A stretch of 64,000 nt of DNA from an uncultured Actinomycetes bacterium (lineage in GTDB: Bacteria; Actinomycetota; UBA4738; HRBIN12): the NCBI GenBank assembly GCA_963835415.1, contig CAWIFZ010000007.1:5358-69357 (forward strand), in the 5' to 3' direction. The translations under genes and the position numbers were made by a program. Below are positions 46,919 to 55,575 of this stretch, piece by piece. The notes below the pieces were generated by a model. That model did not search any database, was not told where the DNA came from, and was given only the letters and a program-made list of their open reading frames with translations. Every line of letters begins with the position of its first letter. Position 1 is the stretch's first letter.

Positions 46919-47271
46919 TCCACGATCGGACGCACCTCGACCGCGCCGCCGAGGCGTGCCGCCGGGACCCGCGCGGCCAGCTCGATCGCGGCGTCGAGAT
47001 CGTCGGCCTCGTACAGGAAGTAGCCGCCGATCGACTCCTTGATCTCGACGAACGGGCCGTCCGTGGTGAGCGTCTTGCCGTCCTGCACCCGGACCGTGGT
47101 CGCCGTCTCGGGAAGATCCAGACCCATGCCCGGCGTCACGCCCGGGGTCTGGTTGATGGCCTGGTAGTCGGCGTAGACGGCCTGCTGCTCGTCCTGCGAC
47201 AACGTGGCCCAGGCCTCCGGCGACGCCGGTGTGGGCGTGTCGCCCTGGTGGATCAACAGCATGTACTTCAT
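46912..47271 (-). CDS. YciI/DGPF family protein
   Basis: [11 protein letters not shown]...[38 protein letters not shown] 47271 preceded by GAAGGAGGAAG. Confidence 0.85.
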   Translation of the reverse strand: MKYMLLIHQGDTPTPASPEAWATLSQDEQQAVYADYQAINQTPGVTPGMGLDLPETATTVRVQDGKTLTTDGPFVEIKESIGGYFLYEADDLDAAIELAARVPAARLGGAVEVRPIVEW

Positions 47272-47301
47272 GGCTTCCTCCTTCAGGAAGGGGTCGCCCA
47301 T

Positions 47302-47330
47302 GAGACAAACGGCGGTCCCTCATCTCGACA
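47302..47330 (-). promoter_or_regulatory. ECF42-like promoter motif TGTCGA-N14-GTT-TGTCTC upstream of YciI-sigma operon
   Basis: Coding strand TGTCGAgatgagggaccgccGTTTGTCTC, 30 nt upstream of the ATG at 47271. Confidence 0.55.
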
Positions 47331-47440
47331 CATCCCGGGAGGAATGACGATATCCGCGTTCGCCCTGCGATGGAGTCTTGACCACCGATACCGGAGCGCG
47401 TCCCTCAGCACATGACTCGAACGTGTTCCGGGGATGGGGC

Positions 47441-47490
47441 TTGACAGTGCCTCTCGTGATGTTCTATAACCTTCTTGTTCTATAAGGAGA
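47441..47490 (+). promoter_or_regulatory. Sigma70-type promoter TTGACA-18-TATAAC with direct repeat GTTCTATAA x2 (putative ArsR operator)
   Basis: TTGACA 47441-47446 and TATAAC 47465-47470. GTTCTATAA at 47461-47469 and 47477-47485. SD AAGGAGA before the ATG at 47500. Confidence 0.55.
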
Positions 47491-47499
47491 TGGTTATCG

Positions 47500-47874
47500 A
47501 TGGCGATGGATCAGCTCGATGCGGTGTTCGGAGCGCTCGCGGACCCCACCCGGCGCGCGATCCTCACCCGGCTGACGCAGGGTGAGGCGAGCGTTGCCGA
47601 GCTCGCCGCGCCGTTCCGCGTCTCACAGCCGGCGATCTCGCGGCACCTCAAGGTGCTCGAGCGGGCAGGGTTGATCTCACGCACCCGTCGGGCGACCGCC
47701 CGGCTCAGCCATCTCCGAGCCGAGCCGCTCCGCCAGGCGACGGTGTACCTGGCCGGGTACCGGGAGTACTGGGAGCAGAGCTACGAACGGCTCGAAGAAC
47801 TGCTCGCCGTCTTGCAGGAACAGGAGACCGACCGATCGCGACCAGGCGATCCGACAGGAAGGAGCACATCATGA
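47500..47874 (+). CDS. ArsR/SmtB family transcriptional regulator
   Basis: LDAVFGALADPTRRAILTRLTQGEASVAELAAPFRVSQPAISRHLKVLERAGLISR. Confidence 0.9.
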   Translation: MAMDQLDAVFGALADPTRRAILTRLTQGEASVAELAAPFRVSQPAISRHLKVLERAGLISRTRRATARLSHLRAEPLRQATVYLAGYREYWEQSYERLEELLAVLQEQETDRSRPGDPTGRSTS

Positions 47875-48368
47875 GCGAGCTGCAGGTCACCGCGGAACCT
47901 GGCGTACCGCAGGTGCTGACGAGCCGCGATCTCGACGCGCCGGTGACGCTCGTGTATCGCGCGTTCACGGAGCCGGAGCTGATCGCACAGTGGCTCGGAC
48001 CACGGAAGTACACGATGACGGTCGATCGCTACGACCTCCGCGACGGCGGCACGTGGCGGTACGTCCACACGGACGAAGCCGGCAACGCGTACGGCTTCCA
48101 CGGCGTGTTCCACGGCGAGCCGTCACCCGACGGCATCGTGCAGACGTTCGAGTTCGAGGGCGCGCCCGGCCACGTCCAGTTGGACACGGTCACGTTCGAG
48201 GAGCACGACGGGAAGACCACCGTCCGCACCAACTCGGTCTTCCAGTCGGTGCAGGCTCGCGATGCGATGGTCGACGCCGGGATGGCCTCGGGCATGAGCG
48301 AAGGCTTCGAGCGCCTGGACGAGCTGCTCGATCGGCAGTTGAAGGGCCGACACGAGACGGACGGCTGA
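47871..48368 (+). CDS. SRPBCC family protein (Aha1 domain)
   Basis: 165 aa: LVYRAFTEPELIAQWLGP...DLRDGGTWRYVH...GFHGVFHGEPSPDGIVQTFEFEG. Its ATG overlaps the ArsR stop (ATGA). Confidence 0.85.
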   Translation: MSELQVTAEPGVPQVLTSRDLDAPVTLVYRAFTEPELIAQWLGPRKYTMTVDRYDLRDGGTWRYVHTDEAGNAYGFHGVFHGEPSPDGIVQTFEFEGAPGHVQLDTVTFEEHDGKTTVRTNSVFQSVQARDAMVDAGMASGMSEGFERLDELLDRQLKGRHETDG

Positions 48369-48395
48369 CGCCGTCCCGGAAGGAAGGAGCAGACC

Positions 48396-48867
48396 ATGCA
48401 GAGGATCACACCGTGCCTGTGGTTCGACACCCAGGCCGAGGAGGCCGCGAACTTCTACGTCTCCCTGTTCGAGGACTCGAAGGTGACGGACGTCCAGCGC
48501 CTGGACGGCACACCCGAGCGGCGACAACGTGGCGCTGGTGTTCTTCACGCTCGCCGGCCTGGAGTACATGGCCATCAACGGCGGACCGCAGTTCCCGTTC
48601 ACCGAGGCGGTCTCGTTCAACGTCAGCTGCAAGGACCAGGACGAGGTGGATCGGCTCTGGTCGGCGCTGACGGCCGACGGCGGCGAGGAGAGCCAGTGCG
48701 GATGGCTGAAGGATCGGTTCGGCCTGAGCTGGCAGATCATCCCCGAGCGGATGGGTGAGCTCCTGAGCGACCCCGACCCGGAGCGCCGCCAGCGGGCCAT
48801 GCAGGCGATGCTGCAGATGCAGAAGATCGACCTCAAGGTGATGGAGGACGCCGCGAACAGCGCCTGA
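48396..48867 (+). pseudogene. PhnB-like VOC family protein (3-demethylubiquinone methyltransferase-domain type); frameshifted near 48524
   Basis: [30 protein letters not shown]..., then [31 protein letters not shown]...[16 protein letters not shown] in another frame. CCC where CC would restore the frame. Confidence 0.75.
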
Positions 48868-48964
48868 ATCGATCCGGGCATCTCAGGACCTCCTTCAGCC
48901 CTTCACGAACGGTTCACATCTCGGCGCCAACGTGGAGGCAGGACGCGAGACAAGGAGGTCCGAG

Positions 48965-49378
48965 ATGCGTCGAGGGATCGGAGCAATCGCACTGATCGTG
49001 GTGATCCTGGCCGGAGTCGGCATCGGGGTCGCCTCGTACCGGGCGGGCGAGCGCAACGGCATCGCCCAGGGGATCGAGCAGGTCCAGGTCGCGCAGGACA
49101 ACGGCCAAGAGGTCCAGGTCGTCCACGTGGTGGGAGACGGCCACGGGGGGTTCTTCTTCCCGGGCTTCTTCCTGTTCCCACTGTTCTTGATCGGGGGGAT
49201 CTTCCTGATCAAGGGGATCTTCATGGGAGCCGGGCGGTTCGGCAGAGGCGGACCGCACGGCTACGGTCCGGGTCCGTGGAACGACGAGGGACGGCGCCGG
49301 TTCGAGGAGCAAGCGAACGAGTGGCATCAGCGCCAGCACGGCGAGGTGTCGCCCTCCGAGGCCACGCCCACGGCCTGA
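48965..49378 (+). CDS. Small membrane protein (2 TM), unknown function, upstream of two-component system
   Basis: ATG 48965 with SD AAGGAGG. IGAIALIVVILAGVGIGV and GGFFFPGFFLFPLFLIGGIFLI helices. Gly/Pro-rich tail. Confidence 0.55.
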   Translation: MRRGIGAIALIVVILAGVGIGVASYRAGERNGIAQGIEQVQVAQDNGQEVQVVHVVGDGHGGFFFPGFFLFPLFLIGGIFLIKGIFMGAGRFGRGGPHGYGPGPWNDEGRRRFEEQANEWHQRQHGEVSPSEATPTA

Positions 49379-49444
49379 CCGACGACGCGTGACGGGGCGG
49401 AGGCACGGTTGCCTCCGCCCCTCGCGCGCGAGAGGCTCGCACCC

Positions 49445-50125
49445 ATGCAGAGGATCCTGGTCGTCGAGGACGAGATGCAGATCGCGCGCAACCTCCGCGA
49501 CTACCTCGAGGTCGCGGGCTTCGACGTGACGGTGGTCGGCGACGGATCCTCGGCCGTCGCGAGCGCTCGGGGAGACCGTCCCGACCTGATCGTCCTCGAT
49601 CTCGGGCTCCCGGGCATGGACGGACTCGACGTGGCGCGAGAGCTTCGGCGCGCGGGCACGACGCCGATCGTGATGCTGACGGCGCGCGGTGAGGAATCAG
49701 ATCGCATCGTCGGCCTCGAGCTGGGCGCCGACGACTACTTGGTCAAGCCGTTCAGTCCGAAGGAGCTGGTGGCCCGCGTGCGCGCGGTCCTCCGCCGGAC
49801 CAGCGGCGCCACCGCCGGCGCCGAGATCCTGCGCGCCGGCGACGTCCAGATGGACCTGCCGAAGATGCGGGCGCACGTGGCAGGTCGCGCCGTCGACCTC
49901 ACCCCCACGGAGTTCCAGCTCCTGGCGACCCTCGTGCGCGAGCCCGGCCGCGTGTTCACGCGCGGACAGCTGCTGGATGCGCTCCACGGGGTGACGATCG
50001 AGTCGTACGAGCGCGCGATCGACGCCCACGTGAAGAACCTCCGTCGCAAGATCGAACCGGAGGTCGGCCGGCCTCGCTACATCCTCACCGTGCACGGTGT
50101 CGGGTATCGGTTCGCCGATGACTGA
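49445..50125 (+). CDS. OmpR/PhoB-type response regulator
   Basis: MQRILVVEDE...DLIVLDLGLPGMDG...ADDYLVKPF receiver domain. Winged-helix LTPTEFQLL...VHGVGYRF. Confidence 0.9.
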   Translation: MQRILVVEDEMQIARNLRDYLEVAGFDVTVVGDGSSAVASARGDRPDLIVLDLGLPGMDGLDVARELRRAGTTPIVMLTARGEESDRIVGLELGADDYLVKPFSPKELVARVRAVLRRTSGATAGAEILRAGDVQMDLPKMRAHVAGRAVDLTPTEFQLLATLVREPGRVFTRGQLLDALHGVTIESYERAIDAHVKNLRRKIEPEVGRPRYILTVHGVGYRFADD

Positions 50126-51197
50126 CAGGGGCGGGCACGGACCGCCGTGGCAGGGAGGCATGGGCGGCCCCGGATGGGGCGGTCCTCCGTTCGGACCCGG
50201 ACGCCGGTTCCGCCGGGGAGCGTTCGTCGCCCTGCTGGCCGTGGCGCTGTTGGTCGCAGCGCTCGCCACGATCCTCGCGTCGATCTTCACCGGCAACCAC
50301 CCGGCGCCCTGGATCACGATCGCGGTATCGATCGCCGTCCTGGCAGGGCTCGCGTTCAGCGGCCGATGGTTCTGGCGGAACGCTCGCACGATCGGCGCAC
50401 TCATGGATGCGGCCGATCGCGTCGCCGACGGCGACCTTACGACCCGCGTCGCCGATAGCGATGCACGACAGCTCGGGCGACTCACCTCGTCGTTCAACGA
50501 GATGGCCGAGCATCTCGAGACGAACGAACAGCGCCGGCGCGAGCTGCTGGCTGATATCGCGCACGAATTGCGCACGCCGCTGCAGGTGATCCGCGGATCG
50601 GTCGAGGGGATGCTCGACGGCCTCTATCCCGCCGACGCCGCTCGCCTCCGTCCGCTCTTGGACGAGACCGTCGTGATGGCTCGATTGCTGGATGACCTCC
50701 GCACGCTCTCGATGGCCGAGGCGGGCGTCCTCGAGCTGCATCGCGAGTCGGTCGATCCGCGGTCGCTGGCGGACGACGTCGTGAATACGTTCCGCTCGAT
50801 GGCGGTCGACCGCGGCATCACGTTGGAGTCGCGGCACGATGCGGGCGTCCCCGCGATCATCGACGCCGACCCCGTCCGCGTCGCCGAGGTGCTGAACAAC
50901 CTCATCGCGAACGCGCTTCGCCACACGCCCTCGAGCGGTCACGTGTCGGTGACGGTGAGCGGCGCACCGCACGAGAACGTGTCGTTCGCGGTCGAGGACA
51001 CGGGCCCCGGCATCAACCCCGATCTCCTGCCGTTCGTGTTCGATCGGTTCACGACCTCCGCCGACGTCGACGGGACCGGGCTGGGACTCGCGATCGCCAA
51101 GCGCCTGGTCGAGGCGCATGGCGGCACGATCGATGCGTCCTCCGACGCGAACGGCACGACGATCCGATGCACGTTCCCCGCGCGCGAGGATCGTTAA
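50118..51197 (+). CDS. Sensor histidine kinase (2 TM, HAMP, HisKA, HATPase_c)
   Basis: Its ATG overlaps the response-regulator 3' end. H-box ADIAHELRTPL, N-box VLNNLIANALRH, G-boxes EDTGPGI and GTGLGLAI. Confidence 0.9.
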   Translation: MTDRGGHGPPWQGGMGGPGWGGPPFGPGRRFRRGAFVALLAVALLVAALATILASIFTGNHPAPWITIAVSIAVLAGLAFSGRWFWRNARTIGALMDAADRVADGDLTTRVADSDARQLGRLTSSFNEMAEHLETNEQRRRELLADIAHELRTPLQVIRGSVEGMLDGLYPADAARLRPLLDETVVMARLLDDLRTLSMAEAGVLELHRESVDPRSLADDVVNTFRSMAVDRGITLESRHDAGVPAIIDADPVRVAEVLNNLIANALRHTPSSGHVSVTVSGAPHENVSFAVEDTGPGINPDLLPFVFDRFTTSADVDGTGLGLAIAKRLVEAHGGTIDASSDANGTTIRCTFPAREDR

Positions 51198-51231
51198 CCG
51201 ACGCGTAACGCCGCCCCGCGCGAAGGGGGCG

Positions 51232-51747
51232 ATGATGGATCGCGTGGAGACGACGCCCCGCATCCGTACCGTCACGCCCGATGATCTCGAGGCGGTGAAC
51301 GACATCTACAACCACTACGTGCGAACGTCGCACGTGACGTTCGACCTGGAATGCATGACGTTGGAGCATCGACGTGCGTGGCTGAAGGAACACGAGCCGG
51401 ATCGTCATCCGGTCCTGGTCGCGACGCGGGACGAGCGGATCGTCGGCTACGCGAGCGCCGGACGCTTCCGCGCGCGACCGGGATACGACACCACCGTCGA
51501 GACGAGCGTCTACGTGGACCATGCCGCGAGTGGAACGGGCGTCGGCACCTCGTTGTACGGCGCTCTGTTCGACATGCTCGCCGGCCGAGACCTGCATCGC
51601 GCGGTCGCGGGGATCGCGTTGCCGAACGATGCGTCGATCGCGCTGCACCTCCGGACGGGCTTCCGGCAGGTCGCGCACTTCACCGAGCAGGGGCGGAAGT
51701 TCGAACGCTACTGGGACGTCGCCTGGTTCGAACGCCCGCTTACCTGA
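51232..51747 (+). CDS. GNAT family N-acetyltransferase (phosphinothricin acetyltransferase-like)
   Basis: IRTVTPDDLEAVNDIYNHYVRTSHVTFDLE...IVGYASAGRFRARPGYDTTVETSVYV...GTGVGTSLY...KFERYWDVAWFE. Confidence 0.85.
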   Translation: MMDRVETTPRIRTVTPDDLEAVNDIYNHYVRTSHVTFDLECMTLEHRRAWLKEHEPDRHPVLVATRDERIVGYASAGRFRARPGYDTTVETSVYVDHAASGTGVGTSLYGALFDMLAGRDLHRAVAGIALPNDASIALHLRTGFRQVAHFTEQGRKFERYWDVAWFERPLT

Positions 51748-51818
51748 CGCGACCGCCCGCCGGAATATCGCTGGCCAACCCGAAGGTTGGCCAGACATCC
51801 GAGGCTTAGGAGGAGCGC

Positions 51819-52757
51819 ATGCGAGCACTCGCGTTGGCGTCGTTCGATGTTCCCGCAGCCATGATGGATGTCCCCGAACCGGTCGCCGGAGCGGGTGAAG
51901 TGCTGGTGCGGGTCCGCGCGGCGTCGGTCAATGCGTACGACCTCGGGGTCGCGGCCGGGTTCATGAAGGACTATCTGCCGTACGAGTTCCCGGCGGTGAT
52001 CGGGAACGACGTCGCCGGCACGATCGAGGCGCTCGGTGATGGCGTGGACGGGTTCTCGATCGGGGATCGGGTGTTCGGCACCATGGGCTCGAAACCGGCG
52101 ATCCATGACGGGGGGTTCGCGGAGCTCGCGAACCCACAAGCTGCCGCGGTCGCGAAGACGCCGGACGCGCTTTTCGATCAGGATGCGGGGTCGCTCGGTG
52201 TGGCCGGCACGACCGCGATGAGCGCGGTCGAAGCGGTCGCCCCCAGCGCAGGTGCTCGGGTGCTCGTGATCGGTGCCACCGGTGGGGTCGGCACGTTCGC
52301 GATCCAGCTTGCCGCGCTGCGAGACGCGCACGTGATCGCGTCCGTCCGTCCGGGCGACGAGGGCTTCGTCACCGACCTTGGCGCCGGCGAGACCGTCGAC
52401 TACACGGCCGACCTCACCGCCACGATCCGCGAGCGCTACCCCGACGGGATCGACGCCGTCATCGACGCCGTGAACCGCGACCAGGGAGCCTTCGCCGCGC
52501 TCGCCTCGCTGGTCCGGGACGGCGGCCGCGCGACCTCGGTGGTCGGCGGCGCGGGGGAGTCGACGGAGATCGGAGCCGTGTCGGTGTCGAACACCGGAGG
52601 ACACCCTCCGTTCCTCCCCGCGCTGGCCGACCTCGTCGTGCAGGGGATGGTCAGAGTGGCGATCCGACGCACCTACGCCCTGGACGATGCGGTGCAGGCG
52701 CTCCAGGACTTCACTACCCAGCACACACTGGGCAAGCTGGTCATCTCGATGGGGTAG
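51819..52757 (+). CDS. NADPH:quinone oxidoreductase / MDR-family zinc-type dehydrogenase
   Basis: 312 aa. VRVRAASVNAYDL..., VLVIGATGGVGTFAIQLA Rossmann motif, C-terminal GKLVISM. Confidence 0.85.
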   Translation: MRALALASFDVPAAMMDVPEPVAGAGEVLVRVRAASVNAYDLGVAAGFMKDYLPYEFPAVIGNDVAGTIEALGDGVDGFSIGDRVFGTMGSKPAIHDGGFAELANPQAAAVAKTPDALFDQDAGSLGVAGTTAMSAVEAVAPSAGARVLVIGATGGVGTFAIQLAALRDAHVIASVRPGDEGFVTDLGAGETVDYTADLTATIRERYPDGIDAVIDAVNRDQGAFAALASLVRDGGRATSVVGGAGESTEIGAVSVSNTGGHPPFLPALADLVVQGMVRVAIRRTYALDDAVQALQDFTTQHTLGKLVISMG

Positions 52758-52792
52758 GTTGCCGCTGAACGGCACCTGGGGATCGGGGCTGG

Positions 52793-53164
52793 ATGGACGC
52801 GATCGGCAGATGGGGTTCGGTGCAGGTCGACTGTATCGACCCGGTCGCACTCGCGGCGTTCTGGGCGAACGTCCTCGGATCCGAGGTCGATGAGACGATC
52901 GGCGATCCGCCGCACTACGTCGTGGTCGGCCCCACGGCGACGGGCGGTCCGTTCCTCTCGTTCCAGCGCGTGTCGGAGACGAAGACGTCGAAGAACCGGC
53001 TCCACCTCGACTTCGTGGTGGACGATCTCGACGTGGCGTCGAACCGCATCGCGGCACTCGGAGGTCGGCGAGCCGCTGCAGACGACGTCGAGGAGTACGG
53101 CTATCGATGGCGCGTCATGCACGATCCGGAAGGCAACGAGTTCTGCGTGATCCTCCGGCGGTGA
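52793..53164 (+). CDS. VOC family protein (glyoxalase-like domain)
   Basis: 123 aa: VQVDCIDPVALAAFWANVLG...NRLHLDFVVDDLDVASNRIAALGG...VMHDPEGNEFCVI. Confidence 0.8.
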   Translation: MDAIGRWGSVQVDCIDPVALAAFWANVLGSEVDETIGDPPHYVVVGPTATGGPFLSFQRVSETKTSKNRLHLDFVVDDLDVASNRIAALGGRRAAADDVEEYGYRWRVMHDPEGNEFCVILRR

Positions 53165-53171
53165 TCGGCGG

Positions 53172-53964
53172 TCAAGAACCGGGCAGGGATGCGTTCCGCA
53201 GCGGATCCGATCCGCCGACCTCGTCCAGCGCGAGCTTGCGGTACTGCTCACCGAACGCCTTCTCCGCGATCTTCGACTGCGGCCCGAGCGTGTCGTCCTC
53301 CGCCTCCTCCGCACCGAACCGGGGTTGCGGACGTCGCACGTGGAGCACGCGGACTCGGCCGTCTCCCGAGCCGCGCCGGGCGACCGGCACCACCGCCACC
53401 TCGGTGCCCTCGTCGTCCTCCACCCACAGATTCGAAGTCGTCGAACTTGAAGAACGCGATCTCCGCCACCGGCGCCGGGTAGTGGTGGATGCCACCGGCA
53501 CGAGGGAGCACCCCTCGATGCGCGTCCTCCGGCAGCGGCACGCTCGCGTTGCAGATGGAGTCCGTCCATCGCTCGACACCGTCCGCGTCGACGATCGGCG
53601 TATCAAGGAGCTCCCGGATCCCGAGCTCGTCGACCGCCTCCGGGAAGCCCGCATAGAGCCGTCGGGCGTTGATCCGAAGCCGATCGACCTTCGCCGGGTC
53701 CGCGCAGAACTGCGCGCTCCATTCGATGCCGGCCACGTTGCGGATCAGGAACCAGCCGTCGTCGTCCTTCAGCCACAGCCCGCCACCGTGATGATCCTCG
53801 TAGCTCGGCGGTCCGTAGAAGAACGGCGAGATCTCGTCGGCGAGCTCGTTCATGCGCTCGCGGGACTTCACGTACATCGACGAGTCCGTCCTGGGCGGAT
53901 GATCGGGGATCTTCCTGGTCCACGGATGGTCCTCATGTTCGGTGTGGATCTCATCGCCGCCCAC
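53172..53964 (-). pseudogene. Hypothetical acidic soluble protein (about 263 aa), no recognised family; frameshifted near 53432
   Basis: GTG 53964 with SD GGGAGGAG, 27 nt after the membrane-protein stop. ...GGLWLKDDDGWFLIRNVAGIEWSAQF...AEIAFFKFDDFE, then WVEDDEGTEVAVVPV...KIAEKAFGEQYRKLALDEV in another frame. Confidence 0.55.
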
Positions 53965-53991
53965 GCGATCTCCTCCCGGACCACATGGCCC

Positions 53992-55575
53992 TCAGCTCCG
54001 CGCCTTCGATCGATCCGGCGCCGCCTCGCCCACGCGGACGGGCTCACTGGCTTCACGGCGTTCGTCTTGTTCCAGATCCCACGCGTAGCTCTTCCACTGG
54101 CGCACGTGGTACAGGTTCGGCTCCCGGCTGAACGTCCGCCTGACCGACTCCGTGATGCTCGGGAGACCGTCGCCCTCGGTGTTGAGGACCCTCCGGAGCA
54201 GCTCGAGGAACTCCTTCGATTCGCCCGCGGTCGCAGGCGCGGACCCGAACACGCCCGGCGCGTACCCGGGCTCGAACGCGTCCTCCAGATCCGTGGCGGT
54301 ACGGATCCCCAGACGGCGCAACGCGGTCCGGTCCTTCGGGCCGTCCTCGATATCTCGGACCCGCAGGAAGAGGTGAGCTTGATCCACCCAATCGACCAAC
54401 CGGTCGACCGGTACCCGCGTCTTCAGGATGGCGTCGACCAGGTTCGCGGTCGCCAGGTTCTGCATGTCCTCGATACCGACCTCGAGCAGCCGCGACTCGT
54501 ACCAGACGTTCAATCCGTCAAGGTCGCTCAACGGGTAGTCGCGCACCAGGCTCGGGATCAGCGGCCTGAGCGGAAGCGCGATGAGGTTCTGGATCGCCTT
54601 CATGCCGATCTGCGGGAACACGCCGATCACGAACGCGAGGCCGTTCTCCTGCGCGGAGGTCAGCTCGCCGGGCCACAGTGCGTTGACGGCGATCACCAAG
54701 AGCGCCGAGCCCAGGATGCGCGTCACCGCGTTGAGATATGCGCTGGGCTTCAGGTCTTCCTGGAAGTACCGGCGCGTGAGCATCTCCAGGGAGTAGAAGT
54801 ACGCGCCCAGGAACGCGTAGCGCAACGCCTCGGACGGCAACACGGGTGTCCCGGCGAGCTGCAGGCCACCGAGCTCCAGGTGGATCCCCGGGATGAACTC
54901 CGGCTGGAGCACGAGCGTCCAGCCCGTCGCGATGACGATCGTCGCGATCAGCACGGGCAGCAGGTTGCCGCCGGCCTGCACGACCATGCCGTCGGGCCGG
55001 GTGATCGGACGCCCGTAGTAGGAGTCGAACTTCCGGATGTAGAAGTTCTCGACGTCGCCGCCATGCGGGTGCGGACCGGGACGGTGGAACAGCGAGCCGA
55101 CGGGCGGGGTCGGCAGGTTCTCGTACCGATCGATGTGCAACCGGTGCAGCGCCAGGATGTATTCGCTCCGGAGCCCGAGGCCCTTCACCACGACGAACTG
55201 CAGGTACAGCAGCCCGGGCAGGAGCGAGAGGAACACGATCGCGGCCAGCTTCAGGAAATAGATCCGCTCGTCCTCGCCGAGGTAGAGCACGGGGAGCAGC
55301 GCGATCAACGCCACGACCAGCGCGAGGATGCCGAGGGTCGTGCCGCGCGCGACACCTGAGAGGTACCGGTTCACCCAGCCGAACCACACCATGGTCATGA
55401 GGAACATCGCGAGGGCCAAGAGCAGGAGCGCGGCTCGGGTCGCACCGCCGTCAGCGCGGAACGCCAAGGTTCCGACGATCAGGATCAGCCCGAACGCGAT
55501 GAACAGGACGAGGAGACCCTTGACGCGATCCTCCTCTTCCTTCTCGTAGCCGGCGGTCTTCGCCGGCGAGCTCAC
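53992..55575 (-). CDS. Polytopic membrane protein (about 8 TM) with C-terminal cytoplasmic helix-hairpin-helix-like region, family unassigned
   Basis: 527 aa. The GTG start overlaps the M15 stop (GTGA at 55572-55575). The C-terminal segment LDGLNVWYESRLLEVGIEDMQNLATANLVDAILKTRVPVDRLVDWVDQAHLF resembles DUF4332/HhH. The listed 730-aa ORF start is spurious. Confidence 0.7.
   Translation of the reverse strand: MSSPAKTAGYEKEEEDRVKGLLVLFIAFGLILIVGTLAFRADGGATRAALLLLALAMFLMTMVWFGWVNRYLSGVARGTTLGILALVVALIALLPVLYLGEDERIYFLKLAAIVFLSLLPGLLYLQFVVVKGLGLRSEYILALHRLHIDRYENLPTPPVGSLFHRPGPHPHGGDVENFYIRKFDSYYGRPITRPDGMVVQAGGNLLPVLIATIVIATGWTLVLQPEFIPGIHLELGGLQLAGTPVLPSEALRYAFLGAYFYSLEMLTRRYFQEDLKPSAYLNAVTRILGSALLVIAVNALWPGELTSAQENGLAFVIGVFPQIGMKAIQNLIALPLRPLIPSLVRDYPLSDLDGLNVWYESRLLEVGIEDMQNLATANLVDAILKTRVPVDRLVDWVDQAHLFLRVRDIEDGPKDRTALRRLGIRTATDLEDAFEPGYAPGVFGSAPATAGESKEFLELLRRVLNTEGDGLPSITESVRRTFSREPNLYHVRQWKSYAWDLEQDERREASEPVRVGEAAPDRSKARS

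Noticed and set aside
53107-55359. 750-aa plus-strand ORF
   Set aside because: It is antisense to the 8-TM membrane protein and the hypothetical gene. It is Arg/Pro-rich, with no SD and no recognisable motif.
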